Counted from the first letter of the stretch, positions 25,836 to 39,800 are shown. The stretch is 64,000 bases of DNA from Nitrospirales bacterium (GCA_965203295.1 CBDBCZ010000004.1:26687-90686), one strand, 5' to 3'. The notes: generated by a model from the letters alone, not told the origin. Program-made: numbers and translations.

Positions 25836-26554
25836 TAGTCTGGGGGACCCCGCCCCTCGCTAGGGACAGGCACATTATTCTTTTTAATTTTCCCATTATT
25901 CTATTCCCCAATTCTTTTATTTTGCCCTATTATTCCTTCCCATTATTCTTATTTTTACCCTATTATTCTTTTCCTTTATCACGAGCCATATGTGGCAGAC
26001 TGAATTTAGGATGTGTTTCTACCTTTAAAGTACAAGTCATATAGTGGGTTCTCTGCTTCACTACACTTGGCTTTGGAATTATTGATGGAATTCACAGCCA
26101 CTTATATTCTACCACCAGCCCACCACTTTACTGCAGACTAATTACTGAGTCCTCTGACCCAGGGAAGGCCATACAGACAGGTTTATCAAAACAATCACCT
26201 ATTATTCTTGCTTTTATGTATGCACCTATTATTCCTAAAGAAATTCCCGAATAATGTGCGTGTCCCTACCCCTCGCGTTAAACGGAGGGTCTGGTACAGA
26301 CGCCGTAATGATTTTGTCTGTCTCGCAACGCACATTGCGAGCCAATCAGATTCAAGCTTAGTAAAACGTCATGAAAAGATTACGTCACTGGTATGGTCTG
26401 ACCAATCAGATAGCAGGTTCACTGCCGGATCTCTTTCGTTGATTGTCTGCTTGTGTCGTCATAGCACAACGTCCGCATTCCAGATTGACGGTTCCACTGC
26501 GGCGTCTGTACCAGACTCTAACTTTCCCGTCGAGAGTCTGGCTACGTGAGACTA
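25836..26554. mobile_element. TAGTCT..AGACTA MITE with perfect 9-bp TSD, containing a nested hAT-type MITE
   Basis: GCCCTTTTC at 25827-25835 and 26555-26563. Confidence 0.9.
25861..26268. mobile_element. hAT-type MITE (TAGGG..CCCTA), 8-bp TSD
   Basis: CCCCTCGC at 25853-25860 and 26269-26276; TIR TAGGGACA(G/C)GCACATTATT. Confidence 0.9.
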
Positions 26555-27309
26555 GCCCTTTTCTTCTCAGGATCAGCTTTGTAGCTGGCACGCGAGGCAG
26601 CCCTTTTCTTCTCAGGATCAGCTTTGTAGCTGGCACGCGAGGCTGCCCTAGCAGCTTCCTTTCTGCGTTGACGGTTTTGAATCGGTACCGTTCTTTATTC
26701 TGGGCCCTCTTTCTCCGCAAATTACTAGGCATAGTGCATGCAAAGTACCTTGGAATTCCAAGAAGGTCAGCAACCACATGAGTGGATGGGAGAACCTTGC
26801 TTTCAGGCACTTTCACACTTCCACTCGAGAACAGAAGGACCGAAAGATCGAAGGTAGACTTTAAATAGACCAACACTTGTTCGCAGGCAGTGTGCGCATG
26901 CGCACCATCCTAACGTAAAATGGCGTGTTAGTGGCAACCGTCCACTCAAGAGTGCTCGTTATCACTGCTGAACTAATTCAAGTTCTTTGAAAACGCTATG
27001 CCTGAAAGGCACTACCCGAGGGCCAATCATGCCCGTTCGTGTTGGAATCTTTGTAATCGCTTCACCCAGCATTGTGCTAGCCTGGCTGAAAGAAGAATGA
27101 CAAGATGTACCATCTGGCTGTTTTAGCCACTTGCCGCTTTGGTACTTCAGAGATATTCTGTAGCAGTGCTAACAGTCTGATTAGTGATGACAACGCTCGA
27201 GAATAACTGGTAGGGTTCATATTCACTCTAGACTACACCTAGAGCAGAGTTCTCAACATGTCATTTTGTACGCATTGAATGGGGAGGCCATTTTTTTCCA
27301 GTGCCATCC

Positions 27310-29945
27310 CTACATATGGAGTACTACCGTACTCCATGATACAAAAAAATATGCTGATGTTGCTGCCGTAGCGCTTACGCCATTGACCGCACACCCACAT
27401 ACGCAGGCGGAGCTTGAAAGATCTCCAGTCAGAGGACAAGAGCAAAAGCAACCAGATGTCTCACCATTACCATCCTGATCGCCATATAATTTATTCTTCC
27501 TAGTATCCCAGATTAATAAAATAAAACTCTTAACTAGCCTTAATAAAGCCTTAAAATCATATCTTTTCCAATTCTCACACCCTAAAACAAAGCCCGTCTT
27601 CTCGAAAGTATTGAGCGCACAAAACTCTTCAAAACTTCCACCCAATAGATTGTCTAAGTCTTCCGTGAAAGTACTTCTAATAGTATCATACACAGGACAC
27701 TCCCAGAGCACATGTACTACACTCTCACATTCATCCCCGCATAACTTACACTGCCTATCATCATTTTTACCCCTATGTCTTCCTAACTCTTCATTCACAC
27801 CATTAGTACCAGACCTAAACTTAAACAACAATCGTGTTCCTGGATCCCCAACCCCCTGCAAGTAATTTTTAAATTCTATTTCCTTACAAAAAGACTTGTA
27901 AAGACTAAGTTTAACTTTACCATTTAAGCCATCATTAAAATCTTTATATTCTCTGCATCTCAATGCTATCTTCAGCTAGTATTTCCTGACTGTCTAGATT
28001 TAACTGTAGCAACAATTCACTAATTACTTTCCTCCAGGTCTTCCTCTGCCTACCCCTACACGGCTTCACTTCCCACTCACTGTCTAGTATATAGTAGTCT
28101 AGGATATCTCTCAGCATTCAAATTATTGACTCTATACCACCACTTAAGTTTGCATCTATCCCTCCTGCCTTTCAAAGATTCTAACCCCATATCCCCCCTT
28201 ACTGCTTCATTACACGTTTTAGAAGAGCAGCCAAGCGTCTTTTTAGCTGCTCCTAGCTGAATAGATTCCAAGGAAGCTGTCTGCCTTGTAATTACAAGCC
28301 TATACTTCACTACCATATTCTAAAGTAGGGCAAAGTACCGAAACTAACAATAACCTTCTTGCAACGGTACTGATATTCCTATTACTTAAAAACCTATGTA
28401 ATTGATTCAGTTTTTTTTTCCCTTTATTTATTACCTTCTGTACATGACTATCACATGAACCATTCTTAGCAAATTCAATCCCCAAGTAACAGTAACTTAC
28501 AAGCTCTGGAATGTCTTTATCTCCCCACTTCCATGTACAAGCACCTGTATTAACCTGCTTAGAAAATACCATAACAGCACTCTTTTTTATGTTAGATTTC
28601 AACCTCCATTTATTACAAACCCCTGCACTATATTAATCAAGGTTTGTAAGTCCTCAGCATTAGTAGTTAAGCCTACAAAATCATCAGCAAACATCAGACC
28701 CCCAACCTTAACATCCTTTTTAACAGTAATGCCTAATCCCAAGGTCCCATAACTTAAACCATAAACCATCATGCCAAACTGTGTCAAATGCTTTCTGAAC
28801 ATCTAAGAAAAACGCATAAGTGTGCTTTCCTTCCCTCATTCTACCTTGTACAATTTCATTTAGAGTAAAGATGTTATCAACACAACTCCTTTTCTCTCTA
28901 AATCCTGCCTGACCCTCATGAAGAGCCCTTTCTGCTTCTAATCTGCTTACTAAGCGATTATTTAGAATCTTGCAAAACAGCGTTCCTACCACATTCAATA
29001 GTGTAATGCCTCTGTAATTACCCGGGTCCTCAGCATCACCTTTCTTATACAAGCTAACAATTAACCCTTGTCTCCATTGCTTAGGAATACTCTCCTCTGT
29101 CCAAACTACCCCATACAAGACTTTCAACAGATTAGCCATCCCTTTGCCACCGTACTTAAAAAGCTCCCCAACTAGCCCATCATTACCTCCTGTTTTATTA
29201 TTCTTTAGGCTTTTAGAACACTTCCAACTTTCCCTTAGTACTGGTTACACATGAACCTGAAGTACTCCTCAAAGAAGCAATACCCTTACGGCTACCTTTT
29301 GAAGTCCTGCCAACAAATGCCCAGAACTCTTTCCTGTTTTCATAAAAATCTTTATTAGCCTTTTCAATCACCTCATTCCAACTATCTAGTTTTTTCTTAC
29401 ATACCAATTCCTTGATTTCTGAACGTAATTTGTAATACTCCCTCCATTTATCTTCCCTGCCACTACTAATCTCCTTATAAACCTGTCTTCTCAACCTAAT
29501 CTTCTCTTTAATCTCAGCATCCCACCACCTCGCCGCTTTGCCACACACTATCACCTTTTCCCCAATTTCTTTTGATGCTACCCTCTTGACTGTCTCTTTC
29601 CAATCCTGACCACTGCCTTCACTAATTCTGATCCTCTCAACCCCTGGGCTTTTCATTGGTGTACCCTTCCTTGAAACCCATCTACTTCTACACTTAAGGC
29701 TTCCTGATACTTCTGTCTCACTTCCTCATCCTGAAACCGTTCAATGTGCCATTTCTTAATCACCCACTTCTGTTTTTTAGTGGTTTGTACAGTCCTACCC
29801 AATTCCATCCATATCAGAAAGTGATCCGATTTTCCTATATCCACTGTGTCTACCTGCACACTCCCTGAAACCTGCAACAAGTTGGAATCAGTAACTATAT
29901 AATCAGTGATAGACTTCTGCTTCAGAGGAGGTCTAGCTCTAGGCA
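27310..29945 (-). mobile_element. LINE ORF2, most complete copy: APE C-terminus, RT and C-terminal Zn finger; frameshifted, with an internal deletion
   Basis: IDYI-like ITDYIV..SDH; KKGD..PGNYRGITLL; QAGFR; FLDVQKAFD; FADD; YLG; CKLC..ESVVHVLWEC. Confidence 0.95.
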
Positions 29946-32900
29946 CAGTGTCACATTGCAGATTGCTTCTGTTAATGTTTTTTCTGTGTACTGTAATACA
30001 TATGATGACAAAAATGTTTCCGGAAGACATGATGGTGAAACACGCTCTTGCTGGCCTTTGCATGAACACGATCAGCCAAGTAGGCTGGGTAGTCCCACCC
30101 CCAATGCTACATTCCCATACATGCCTTTTGCTGGCTGGGGACAAAAATGCGCATCTCTATTTGCCAAAATGGTGGTCGGGAGTGAATTCCAGTATATGCT
30201 TTATTATGACCAATTAAAAGTTTAATAATATTAATCTAGAATACTAGAAGAATATTATGGTGATCAAGATGGTGAAACATCTCGTGGCTCTTGTTCTTGT
30301 CCTCGGACTGGAGATCTTAAAAGTTCCGCCTGCCTATGTGGGTGCATGGTCAATGGCGTAAACCCTACAGCAGTGACATGAGTATATTATTGCTTAATCC
30401 TTTATAGACTTCTAGAAAATGATTGTTACACTGAGTCTTTGATTGAAGTGTACATGGCCTTAATTTGCCCAGTAGAAATGCTGTCAATTGCAACGGTGTA
30501 GTAGTGAAGATGAGCATATACACTAAGAAAAAGGAAGTGTTGTCAGAGATTGCACCCCCTCTTCCTGGTGGTTACAGCACTGACAACCTCAGGTGTGAAG
30601 TATATTCCTTATCGAGATTCTAAGCTGACACGGTTGCTGCAGGACTGCCTTGGAGGCAACACAGAAGTATAAGATTTGGAAGAACAGAGGTACGCATGTA
30701 CATACCAGTATCCAGTACTTATTTTCACGTAATTACACCCACAATGAAAATGTAGCATGAGAATTTACTCTGGTGTAAGGGAAGCATGCTATTATTATCC
30801 TTCAATTAATGTTACATGCAAGTACGTAGTAGTCTGTTCACTTTCATACTTCATACTAGGAACGGTTGAGTTGTATACGTATCTGCTGACAGCCACCACT
30901 ACTAGCACACCTAGTGTTGTGTTTAGAGTCACTGGCTAAAACTGCTTTCCTTCAGATTGATTTGTCTTTACACTTATTAAAACAGTTGATTATGCTTCTT
31001 ATCAGTTCTTTCTTAGCATTATTCTCTTTCTATACCCACATTTGAATACTCATGGAAAAAGTATCAAGACCACTGCGCAGATCAACAAGGACATGTCACA
31101 GAAAGCATTGCTGTCAGCCTATCAGCAAGAGATCACAAAGTTGAAGCAACAGCTTGAACACAGGTTCATACTATTAGTACAGTAATTAAGTTATAACCAC
31201 AGCTAGAATACGTGTACAAACATACCAGCCTCAACAGCTAGACCATACTAGCTATTCGCGATAATTGAGATACAGCCCACATCTACATACTGCTGCTATA
31301 GGGGGAATATTTTGGGTCATAAAGAAATTGAGAGGCTTGAAAGAGAAAGGGAGAAAGCTCAAAAGCAAAAGGTGGGAAGGGTGCAATTGAGACAAGTCTG
31401 CCATGCTGAATCTACTGCTGTTGAAACGATTCTCCCAATACCTCTCCTTCATAGGCAGCATTTCTGGAGGCCCACCAACAACTAATGAGTCAAGCTCAGC
31501 CTGAGAGAGATGCCTTGTATGGCAAGATAGCAGACTTGGAAATAAGTGGTATGTATTTTGTGAATGATGTATGTAGAGAAGTAACATACATATGTGTGAT
31601 GTGTACATATGCATGTTTTTGCCAAATTACGTTACTGATCATGTTAGATGTATACGTATACTACCAGCAACCAGCTGCAGAGTTGTTACGAACCTTTCAA
31701 TAGCCTGGTAGACTAATGAGTCAACTCTTACCCATGTAGTTTGGAGCAGAATAATGTAAGCAGTTGTCTTCTTGAATGTTCAGCTTCTTCATGGTGGCAG
31801 TAGAGACATTAGTGAGTCTGAAGTGTTCCAATAAGCTGTCCAAATGGTGAGACCTGTCGATAATTGTATATTACAGTGCAAATATTTGAACTTATTTCCC
31901 TTTCCTTTGCTGCTACTAGGCAAAAGATCAGATTAGACATGAATCTGAGTCACAGTTAGAGCGTAGGCTTGCTACTGAGAAGAAAAGGTTATCTTACATT
32001 GTACTTCGACCCCAATACCTTCCGAATCTGTACATGCAGGGGGTGATAATATTTCGCAGGGCCTGAGATTGTTCTTACCCTTTCTGACATCAACATTATA
32101 AAGCTGTCCACTGCAAATCTTTGTAGAGGTACATACATAGCAAGTGAAAGATTGACATACTCAAGAGATGTCATTAATTGCGCCTGCACTAAACTAGTCT
32201 ATCCTAAGAATTATATGGTAAACACCTACAACAACGCCATTAATAGTCAGTAGCACTTAATCTAACATATCGTAGTATAGTAGAGAAGGTGCAGCAGATT
32301 ACAATACAATCAGATATGCTGGTCACAAAAAAAATTGTACCAAAATTCTTTGGCTCATCTCAGCTCTAGTTTAGTCAGTTGATTTAGTATTGTGAGTCTG
32401 CACCATGCACTCCACCTTCTGTCCATCTCCAGGCCGCAATTCCTCCCTTAGCTTGGTAAAGTACTCCCTCTGTTTCTCCACCTCTGCACGCTCATCTGGC
32501 AGCCTTTGTGAATGTACAGTGAAATGAAGTGATGTGTGTTTCACCACAAAAAATCTTACAGTGAAGGAGAAACTTATGGAGAGAGGAAAAAAGACCAGTT
32601 TCAACCAAATATGAAGTTAATAACAGCTCAGCTCTTAGCTAATCATGTGTACAAATAAACAGTAACCTTTTGCTCATACTAAAATCGCAAACCTTATGAT
32701 GGGAGCCCATCCCTTGGCTTTGACTCCACAGATCCAAGCCCTTCTCAGGTAGCACAAGCCCTCAGATCACGACAGCATGGTAACTAATACAGATAGAACT
32801 ACCATGAACTATCGGTCAGCTTTGCCAGCAGCTGTGATATTGCTACCAGCCAAGTCAGGCCTTTAAGGAAAGTACCTGAGTCTCTAACTTGCAGCTGGTC

Positions 32901-35352
32901 ATCTACATCAAGTAGCTAGGCCTTTTAAATTTGGTCCACCTGGAGCCAGATTTCGGAACAGTACTAAAGTATCAGTTTGTGAGGACTACCTGATTCATCA
33001 GCAAAAGCTAGCTGTTAATCTTACTTTGCCAATAGATTCATTTAACCTCTGCCTTGAAGAAGTTTCAGAAGGTTTTAACGCTTTCTTGGGAACTTCGAAG
33101 TACAAAATTTGACATTTTGCATTTTTCCTGTTTTATGATCCAAGAAGTGAAAATGTAGATTTTGTTCAAACTGAAGATATGCTATGGTGCAATCTAGTCT
33201 TATAACATCCTCACCCCTATAAACATTGATGACTAAGGGTTAGCAAGCAGTTGTATTTAATGTGTTCAATGATGTGGTACCACTACATGTACCTTAAATA
33301 GTAAGTACAAGAAGTCATCATCATTCCTAGCCATGAACAAGATTATAGTAGAACTCTTGAGTGAAAACATCTAGACAACAAGAGCGGTGCCTTTTATGTG
33401 TGCCTGCTCCTTTGTTGTCAGATCTTACAGGTTTGTCCATGCAGTTATTACCTTAATATTCCTGCTCTCCCTTCTCTCAGGTGTGGCACAGTACCCGAGC
33501 AAAGTCACTGCGCAGTAAAGCCTGCTCCTTTATCGTAAGATCTTACAGGTTTGTCCATTATCTTGATCACCATATAATTTATTCTTCCTAGTATCCCAGA
33601 TCAATAATAAATGCAAAACTCTTAACTAGTCTTAATACACCCTTAAAATCATACCTGTCGCAATTCTCACACCCTAAAACAAAGCCTGTTGTCTCTAATG
33701 TAAATTTGTTTCTAGAGAGAATAGATGAAGTGTTGAGATTTAGAGATAGTATAAAAACTTTAAATGATGGCTGAGGCTGTACAAATCTTTTGTAAAGAAA
33801 TAGAATTTAAGAATTACTTGCAGGGGTTGGGGATGCAGAAACATGATTGATGTTTAAGTTTGAGTTTAGGCCAGGTACTAACCGTCTGAAAATAAAGTTA
33901 GGAAGACATAGGGTTAAAAATGATGATAGGCAGTGTAAGTTATGTGGGGCGCAATGTGAGAGTGTTGTACATGTACTCCTATGTAAGATACCATTAGGAA
34001 TATTTCGTAAGACATTTAGACAATTTGTTGAGGGGGGGGGGGGAGCTTAGAAAACTTTGTTACTTTCAATAGTTTGTAATCTTCAGCAAATATATCCTGA
34101 CTCTCTAGATTTAATGACTGCAGCAACAATTTACTACCTACTTTCCTCCAGGTCTTCCTCTGCCTACCTCTGCACAATTTCACTTTGCACTCACTGTCTA
34201 GTAAGCTAGGACATCTCTCATCATGCAAATTACTGACTTTATAACACCATGCACCTATGCCGCCTACCTTTCAAAAGATTCTAGCCCCATACCCCCCCCC
34301 CCCCTTACTGCTTCATTACACGTTTTAGAAGAGCAGTCAAATATATTTTTAGCTGCTCCAAGGAAACTGTCTACCATATATTACAAGCCCACTCTTCACT
34401 ACCATATTCTAAAGCAGGGTGAAGTAATGAAACTAACAAGAATTATCCTTCTTGTAACTGTACTGATATTACTGTTACTAAAAAGCTATGTAAATTTTTT
34501 TCCACTATTTATTACCTTCTGTACATGACTATCCATGAACCATTATTTGCAAATTCAGTGGCCAAGTAACAGTAACTTACAACCTCTGGAATGTCTTTAT
34601 CTCCCCACTTCCATGTACACACACCTGTATCAACCTCTTTTAAAAAATTACCATAACAGCACTCTTTTATGTGTGAAAATGTGCGTTCACGGGGGTGGGG
34701 CTGCAGAGCAACCTCCCGAGACACCAGAGAGCTTGTCTTGTCCACCGGTCCAGATGCCATCTAGACCGGTGGACAAGACGAGCTGGAGTCCTTTCTCAAA
34801 CAGATCAACACCTTTCATCAGACCATCAAGTTCACTGCGGAATGGTCTACCACACAGGTCTCCTTCCTGGACACTACCGTCATTCTAGATGGAGAGACCA
34901 CTCAAACAGATCTGTTCACGAAGCCAACTGATACCCACCAATACCTATCACCTGACAGCTGCCATCCGAGGCATTGTACTACCTCCATCCCGTATAGCCA
35001 GAGCCTCAGGATCAGACGCATTTGCTCCACAGACGAATTGTTTGCAAGAAGGACGGGAGAATTAAAGACGTACCTGATGGCCCGAGGGTATGCAGAATCG
35101 ATGGTGGATTTACAGATCCAGCGAGCCTCTCTGTTGTCTCGGGAGGTTGCTCTGCAGCCCCACCCCCGTGAACGCACATTGTCACGCATTCCCCTGGTGG
35201 TTACCTATTTTCCGGGCCTCAACCGATTGAGTAAGATTGTCAGGAAGCACTTACCCATCCTCCATGTGTCTGAGAAGCTTAAACAGGCGGTCCCCAACCC
35301 TCCATTGGTGGCGTACAGACGACCATACAACCTCCGCGATCTTTTGGTCCGG

Positions 35353-36271
35353 TGTCAAGGTATTTTGGGGACCCCCTAAATTGGGGACCCAGGGACCCCG
35401 GGTCCCCAATTTACCGGTATAATAGGGACCCCTTCGTGAAAATAGGGACCCCTAAAGGCCCTATTCTACTGGTATGGGGACCCGGTGTCCCTATATTACC
35501 GGTAGAATGGGGACCCCTCTGCCCATTCTAGTTAGTTAGTTAGTTAGTTAAATTTTCATTTTAAACAGGAAGATGTCCCTGTTTAAAATGAAAATTTAAC
35601 TAACTAACTACATGTAACTAACTAGAATGGGCAGAGGGGTCCCCATTCTACCGGTATAATGGGCCAGATTTTACGTAGACATATAGCTATGTCACGCTTG
35701 TAACAATATTATTTAAAGTATTGTAAGTTTCTATTAAGTTCATGCCATGTGCAATAAAAATGCAGTCACAAATGTAGTGTGTGCATACAAAGTAAACAAA
35801 ACATACAATGCAATTTAAAATAACTAAACAATACACAAATTAAAGTAACTAAACAATACATAGACATAATATTATAGCTATGCATGCAATAACAAATGAA
35901 GTGACTTCCTTGATAGATTTAGCTATGGGACATGCGTCCGTCAAACCCATGACCTTTAGCGTCGGTCAAAGCGCTAGAGTTAGCTACCATTGTATGGAAC
36001 ATGCACCCAGTAGGTCCATTAATATTTTAAAAGAGTTCAAAGCGCTAGAGTTAGCTACCATTGTATGGAACATGCACCCAGTAGGTCCATTAATATTTTA
36101 AAAGAGTTCAAAGCGTTATATTTCTTTGCTAGAGTTAGCTTCGGGACAAGTATAAAGATCGCTGTTCATCCACGCAAAGGGGTCCCTAAAGTACCGCGGG
36201 GGTGCCCATTTTACCGGTAGATTAGGGACCCGGGGTCCCTATATTCATGGGGTCCCCAAAATTTTATGACA
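35353..36271. mobile_element. Ginger-type non-autonomous DNA transposon (TGT..ACA, CCGG TSD) inside the Penelope ORF
   Basis: CCGG at 35349-35352 and 36272-36275; TIR TGTCA...ATTTTGGGGACCCC. Removal restores ..DLLVRAAVQSP.. in frame. Confidence 0.88.
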
Positions 36272-36774
36272 CCGGGCAGCGGTGCAAAGTCCAGCCCCAC
36301 CCACAACCTCAGGCAACGTTCCATGCAACTGCAAAAGATGTAAGGCTTGCCAGCTGATCAACTGTGCTGACACCTTCTCTAGCAACACCACGGGAAGAAG
36401 ATACAAAGTGAAATCTAACTTCACATGTAAAACAAAAAACATGGTATACTTGATCAGTTGTTGTAGATGTGGTGTGCAGTATGTGGGGGAGACTGAAAAC
36501 GCTCTCCACATCAGAATGAACGGCCATCGTTCGGACGTCACCACCACGAAGCTGGAGAAGCCAGTGGCGGCCCACTTCAACTTGCAGGATCATTCCCTAG
36601 ACGATCTAAAAGTAATGGGGATTGAAAAGATCTGGAATAATGACACCGACAGACGAAAATTGAGGGAGCGCTTTTGGATATTAGAACTCAGAACGTTTAC
36701 GCCGGAGGGCCTTAACCTTGACGACTAATGCCAGAGATGCTATGTTTTGCTTTTTTTGAATTATGTTTTAGTTT

Positions 36775-36813
36775 GTACCTGAAGAAGGTCTAGATTAGGC
36801 CGAAACGTCGTAC
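36775..36813 (+). ncRNA. Minimal type I hammerhead ribozyme in the Penelope 3' region
   Basis: GTAC-CTGAAGA-A-GGTCTA gat TAGGCC-GAAA-CG-TC^-GTAC: core CUGANGA/GAAA, stems I and II, palindromic ACGU mini helix III. Confidence 0.8.
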
Positions 36814-39800
36814 TGTGTACTATTATTGATGTTGTTGACTTGGTAATGATGAAGATTGATCCGGAGAACCGCGATTAGCACTCCTCCACGAATTGTACAT
36901 ATCAGTATCACAATCTTCGGTAGAGATATCGGCTGTTACAGGTTTCGAATTAATAAAAAGCACTCTTTTATATGTTAGATTTCAAACTCCATTTTTTACA
37001 AAACCCCTGTAAAACATTAATAAGTCTTCAGCGTTAGTAGTTAAACCTACAAAATCTTTCAGCAAACATTAGACCCCCAACCTGAACATCCTTCTTAATA
37101 TTAATGCCAATCACAGCCTTCTGAACCTCATCTAACAACTAATTAATAAAGTTAGATAAGAGGATAGGCTACATACTACAACCCTGTGCCACCCCCTGAC
37201 CTATATTAGATATTTCTGCAAAGATGCTATTAACACGACTCGTTTTCTCTCTAAATCTTCATGAAGAGCTCTTTCTCATTCTAATGTGATAACTATGCGA
37301 TTGTTTAGAACAATTTCCCTCCCACACTTAATAATGTAATGCCTCTGTAAATACCCAGGTCCTCAGTATCACCTTTCTTATACAAGCTAAAAGGTAACAC
37401 TTGTCCTTGTTGTTTAGGAACACTCCTCTGTCCAAACTACTTCATATAAGACTTTCAACAGACTACAAGTAACTACTCCTTTGCCACCATACCTAATAAG
37501 CTCCCCAACTAGCCCATCATCACCTCCTGTATTATTATTACCCCGCGGCGCGTAGGCGGTGATGGGGTTAAGCGATTGGTTCTGTCTATCTGTCTGTCCG
37601 TCCGTCCGTCCGTCCATTCGTTGTCTGTCCACTCAAAAATTGGGCTATCTCGCGATTTACAGGGTTAAGCATTTGCTAAACACAACAGTAACATTGAAAT
37701 CTAAAAAAAATGTCCGGGTGTGTACCTGATAGTCGCCAAAGTGGTTCCATACACTGCATCTCCAGCTCTTTCTTATTTAACAACGGTACATTCTGCTTTT
37801 TTAATACAGTCACAACTAGAATACAATGGGGGCCGGGCATATACGGACTCTGGTCACGTGTTCGTATTGGCAATCGGTATGTCTCTGCGAGAGACTTCTA
37901 GTTCTTTAGGGTTTTAGTTAAATTTCTGCAAAATAATTCCCCTGTTCAAAACCTTAACCTTCCATAGTCTAGACATTTCCCTATACTCTGTCACTCTCTG
38001 CTCTACATGCTCTTTCCAGTTACCATCAAACTGATCATCTACGGATGCTGTACCCAGCCTTTCATAATGCTCACGTAAATACTTCCAAATTTCCCTTAGT
38101 GCTGGTTACACATGAACCTGGAATACTCCTCAAAGAAGCAATACACCCTTACGACTACCTTTTGAAGATCCTGCCAACAAATGCCCAAAAACTCTTTCCT
38201 GTTTTCATGAAAATCTTTATTAGCCTTTTCAATCACCTCATTTCAACTATCTATATCAATTCCTTGATTTCCGAAACATAGTTTGTAACACTGTCCCCGT
38301 GTATCTCCCCTGCCAATACTAATTTCCAGTATCCTTATCCTAATCTTAATCTCACCATTCCACCACCTCACCACTTTGTCGCGCATTATCACCTTTTCTC
38401 CATTTTTCCTACCATCACAGATAGGCAGCAATTATTGCAACTGCTAGCTAGGTATGTGTCCTGTCTCTGGCAACACTTTTATGTAATGCATACCTAACTT
38501 TTAAATAGTGTGTGTGTGGGGGGGGGGGGGGGGGGGGATCAAAACTAGATAACTAGTCTTTGTCATCTTGAAGACGCGAGACTGTCATTATTTTCAGTAT
38601 AAGTCCATGTACATTAGTGTTTCCCTTGAAAATACTGCTGCACAGCTTTAAAGGAAAGGTAAGAATACGTACAAAAATGTTTAAGTACATTTCCACTGAT
38701 TGGATGAAGTAATAGTCATACATCTGTGTAGTTTGAGCAGTGGTTGAAGGTTTTGTTCCCTTGGTTCAGTAGTTGTTTGATTTATGGTTCGAAAATTTGG
38801 CTCTATCACAAATTCTATTGCTGGTTAGGCCACACATTTCTTAGGATATTTCAAGGAGAATGAAAGGCATGAATGGCTACAATCATGTACAGATCGTTAG
38901 AGGGACCAATAAGGATTTACTGCTTTTTGTTAAGCATGCATAAATGTCTCTGGAATCAACAGTGACTATGGTGACAGCTAGTGCATTAGGTCACTGTGAT
39001 ATGTGGCATACATATAGAGCTTGCAGTAGAGTCTAGAGCTGATCCGATTCACTTGGTAGAGACAATGATGGCCAAGTGTTTATGTTATTCTTCGTTACAT
39101 CACCGGCTTCATACATTGTTTCACCTCCCAGGATAGGAAGCCAGAAGGCAAAGTCACAGCAGAAAAATACCAGGCTGTACAAGAAGAGAGTAAGTCACAG
39201 CATTACTGCATGAGCCTGTCAGTGCTTTGAAAAACAATAATCATCCTGCTAATACTTTAATGCGTATGCAATTGTAAGTTGTTATATACATACTGAGCTC
39301 TGGCATTCAGATTCTACAAATAGGCTATGCATGCGTACATATTGGAGTGTACTAGTCAGATTCGTACCGAAGCGTTACTGGCTCTATTATAGTGTTTCTG
39401 TAAATGCATCTACAAAGGTGATTACAATAATCATGTTGACTATTGTATAATGTTTATACTGCCGTGCAGGTAGCGAGCTCACACACATCACAAGCAGTGG
39501 CTTAGGCTCAACAGCATCCGAGCACCAAAATGAAAATTTACAAGCTCTACCAGAGAGTGCATCAGTGGTGATTTCAAATGCAGATATCGTGAACAATAGC
39601 ATAAAAATTGATTTAGAAGCAGGAAGTCAAGATTCAAGTGGATGAGACTTCACTTCGTGACTATTTACATGTGATGAAGCTGTCGTCACATGTTGAACTG
39701 CATGTTGTGTTCTTTTTTATTATTTTATTTGTTGTATTTATTACTATTAATAACCTTTTGCAAACCCCCTTTTTTACTATTAGTAACCTTTTGCAAACCC

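Larger units (their letters stand above)
23008..33520 (+). pseudogene. Kinesin (kinesin-2-like neck) pseudogene, copy 2, heavily interrupted
   Basis: VAVRVRPL (23008); [33 protein letters not shown] (30565-30663); KSIKTTAQINKDMSQKALLSAYQQEITKLKQQL (to 31163); then coiled-coil exons with stops. Confidence 0.8.
34671..36958 (+). mobile_element. 5'-truncated Penelope-like element (RT thumb + GIY-YIG endonuclease), 13-bp TSD
   Basis: ..IKFT.E..VSFLD..TDLFTKPTDTHQYL..SCHP..SIPYSQ..RRICS; C..C..C..C linker; VYLI.C..C..QYVGET..R.NGH..R..RE..WI..GLN ending 36728. TSD AGCACTCTTTTAT at 34658-34670 and 36959-36971. Confidence 0.95.
33565..38420 (-). mobile_element. LINE fragments, copy 3, with an internally inverted piece (~33700-34065) and the Penelope insertion
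   Basis: Homologous to 27310-29945; the GRHR..DDRQCKLC segment is on the plus strand between minus-strand pieces. Confidence 0.8.
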
